A DNA stretch of 63,898 nt, filler included, from Lama guanicoe (taxonomy: Eukaryota), in assembly GCA_013239625.1 (NCBI GenBank). It is 77 parts of 77 records of this genome, joined end to end, with 100 filler letters (N's around TTAATTAATTAA, not from the genome) between each part and the next. Parts side by side here need not be neighbours in the genome. Positions count along the whole stretch, not along the records: positions 62,245 to 62,783 come from PNXV01010162.1; positions 62,884 to 63,737 come from PNXV01010163.1; positions 63,838 to 63,898 come from MU055029.1; 74 more parts are not named here. One strand, given 5' to 3'. The translations under genes were made by a program, and so were the position numbers. Below, piece by piece: positions 62,245-63,898 of this stretch. The stretch's first letter is position 1; every line of letters starts with the position of its first letter. A model generated the notes under the pieces. That model was not told the DNA's origin, did not search any database, and saw nothing but the letters and a program-made list of their open reading frames with translations.

Positions 62245-62783
62245 TATATTCGAAATTCTATATTCAGTGTTCTGTTTTCTATATTTTAAATTCTGTGTTC
62301 TGCCTTCCATGTTGTCAATTCTGGGTTCTATATTCTGTTTTCCATATTCTAAATTCTGTGTTCTACATTCTTTATTCTGTATTGTATATTCTGCATTCCG
62401 TACTCTGTATTCTATATTCTACATTGTATTTTCTTAATTGTATATTCAGTGTTCTGTATTCTATATTCTAAATTCTGTGTTCTACATTGTATATTCTTAT
62501 TCTATATTTATTATTCGGAATTCTATATTCTAAATTCTGTGTTCTGCATTCCATATTCTAAATTCTGGAATCTATATTCTCTATTCTATATTTTGTGCTC
62601 ATTATTCTATAGTGTATATACTTTATTCTGCATTCCGTAGTCTATATTCTATATTCTGTGTTCTACATTCTATATTCAAAATTCTATATTCAGTATTCTG
62701 TTTTCTATATTCTTAATTCTATAATTCTCTGTTGTACATTATATATTCTAAATTCTATATTCAGTAATCTGTATTCTATATTC
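62245..62783 (-). repeat. Heptamer satellite, family C
   Basis: ATATTCT-variant units. Confidence 0.97.
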
Positions 62784-63898
62784 NNNNNNNNNNNNNNNNN
62801 NNNNNNNNNNNNNNNNNNNNNNNNNNNTTAATTAATTAANNNNNNNNNNNNNNNNNNNNNNNNNNNNNNNNNNNNNNNNNNNNCAACACTCTTCTCATCT
62901 TAGAGACCCAAATTTGCTGACCTGGCCATATTTGACTGTGCTCTGTCCTCACTAACATTCAGCTTGGGCTCTGAAATTAGTCCAGAGTATGAGCGCCCAG
63001 GCAAAAGCCCTTTCTCACATTGCTGGGTCAAGTTGGAAGGACCAAATTTCATCCCCTTCACATCTATGCTTGGGGTTCAACTTTGTGCATTAATTCTACT
63101 TGTGGACAAAGCACAGTCAATGGCAGACAGGGTTTGGCATTTTTTTTTTTTAAAAAATTTTTTTACAGTCTTGCTCTGTGAACTTGGAGACTTTATTCTA
63201 TCTCCAGACAATATTTCAATATTTTCTGAGGGGACTTTGGGCAGTTGATGCTGTGTTTTCAAGCTGTCAGTTCTAGTTCTGTCAGGTATTTTGAAGGAAT
63301 TGCATATTCCGGCATGGCCATAACCACAAAGCACGGTGTGAGAGCGGTGTTCCTAGAAACAAGAGGACTTATGTGTCTCTAACACAGATGACATGGGATG
63401 GGGGCTGAGACTATGACACTCGGGAGGCTGATAGTCAGAAACTAAGTTTCATAAATCTATTCCTGTTATAGATCAGACACATGAGGTCTCATGTGGGTAT
63501 ATTTAGTAGTCGGCAGGAAAGAATAGACAATTAAAAGGAGTGTGTGTGTATTGATGGTATGAATTCAAAGGCACAGAGCAGAGACTGGGTAGCTTGGAAA
63601 ATAAGCCATCCCATTCCCAAACTCTTTATTTCTCCTGAAAGTGACAGTAAAGCTGAAAAGCCTGGACATGATGGCAGGTGGCCATGATGTGAGAAAAAAG
63701 ACCTAGTTAATTGTCTACAATACAGGATAAGTTTACCNNNNNNNNNNNNNNNNNNNNNNNNNNNNNNNNNNNNNNNNNNNNTTAATTAATTAANNNNNNN
63801 NNNNNNNNNNNNNNNNNNNNNNNNNNNNNNNNNNNNNGAATCAAATGTTGGGCTATTTTGCGCTGGTTTCTTTGAGTTCTGTCAGCCAAGCATCTGCT

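Noticed and set aside
6977..62640. Many hydrophobic 'YILYSVF' or charged 'EYRIQN' ORFs
   Set aside because: They are translations of the heptamer satellite; one strand is simply poor in stop codons.
843..63793. Regularly recurring palindromic TTAATTAATTAA resembling a CRISPR-like or regulatory repeat
   Set aside because: It is always centred in N padding and separates unrelated fragments of variable length. It is a man-made six-frame-stop linker, and there are no cas genes.

Overview
This window is not a contiguous locus. It is an artificial concatenation of about 77 short (~0.3-1.5 kb) unplaced mammalian scaffolds, joined by a 100-bp spacer (about 44 N + TTAATTAATTAA + about 44 N, ~76 copies), so neighbouring fragments have no biological adjacency. 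Two Vic-1-type tRNA-derived SINEs point to a camelid genome. Content: (i) several tandem-repeat families: an AGAATAT-based heptamer satellite with higher-order periods (13 fragments), a ~266-267-bp satellite present as a diverged CpG-poor form and a homogeneous CpG-rich form that are homologous to each other, a 16-bp CAGGAGTGTGCAGGCC array, a 249-bp repeat and a near-perfect 265-bp doublet; (ii) many LINE-1, L2, MIR, LTR/ERV and DNA-transposon remnants; (iii) intron-flanked exons of a diverged RALGDS-like gene, a frameshifted COL9A1 copy and a USP32 copy with an altered EF-hand; (iv) two CpG-island promoter-like pieces; (v) paralogous unique-looking fragments that indicate segmental duplication. 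There is no prokaryotic gene system, CRISPR array or complete ORF, and I found no convincing new biological system. The best leads are the satellite architecture and the duplicated gene fragments. Repeat family names and reference protein sequences are recalled from memory, not obtained from a database search.
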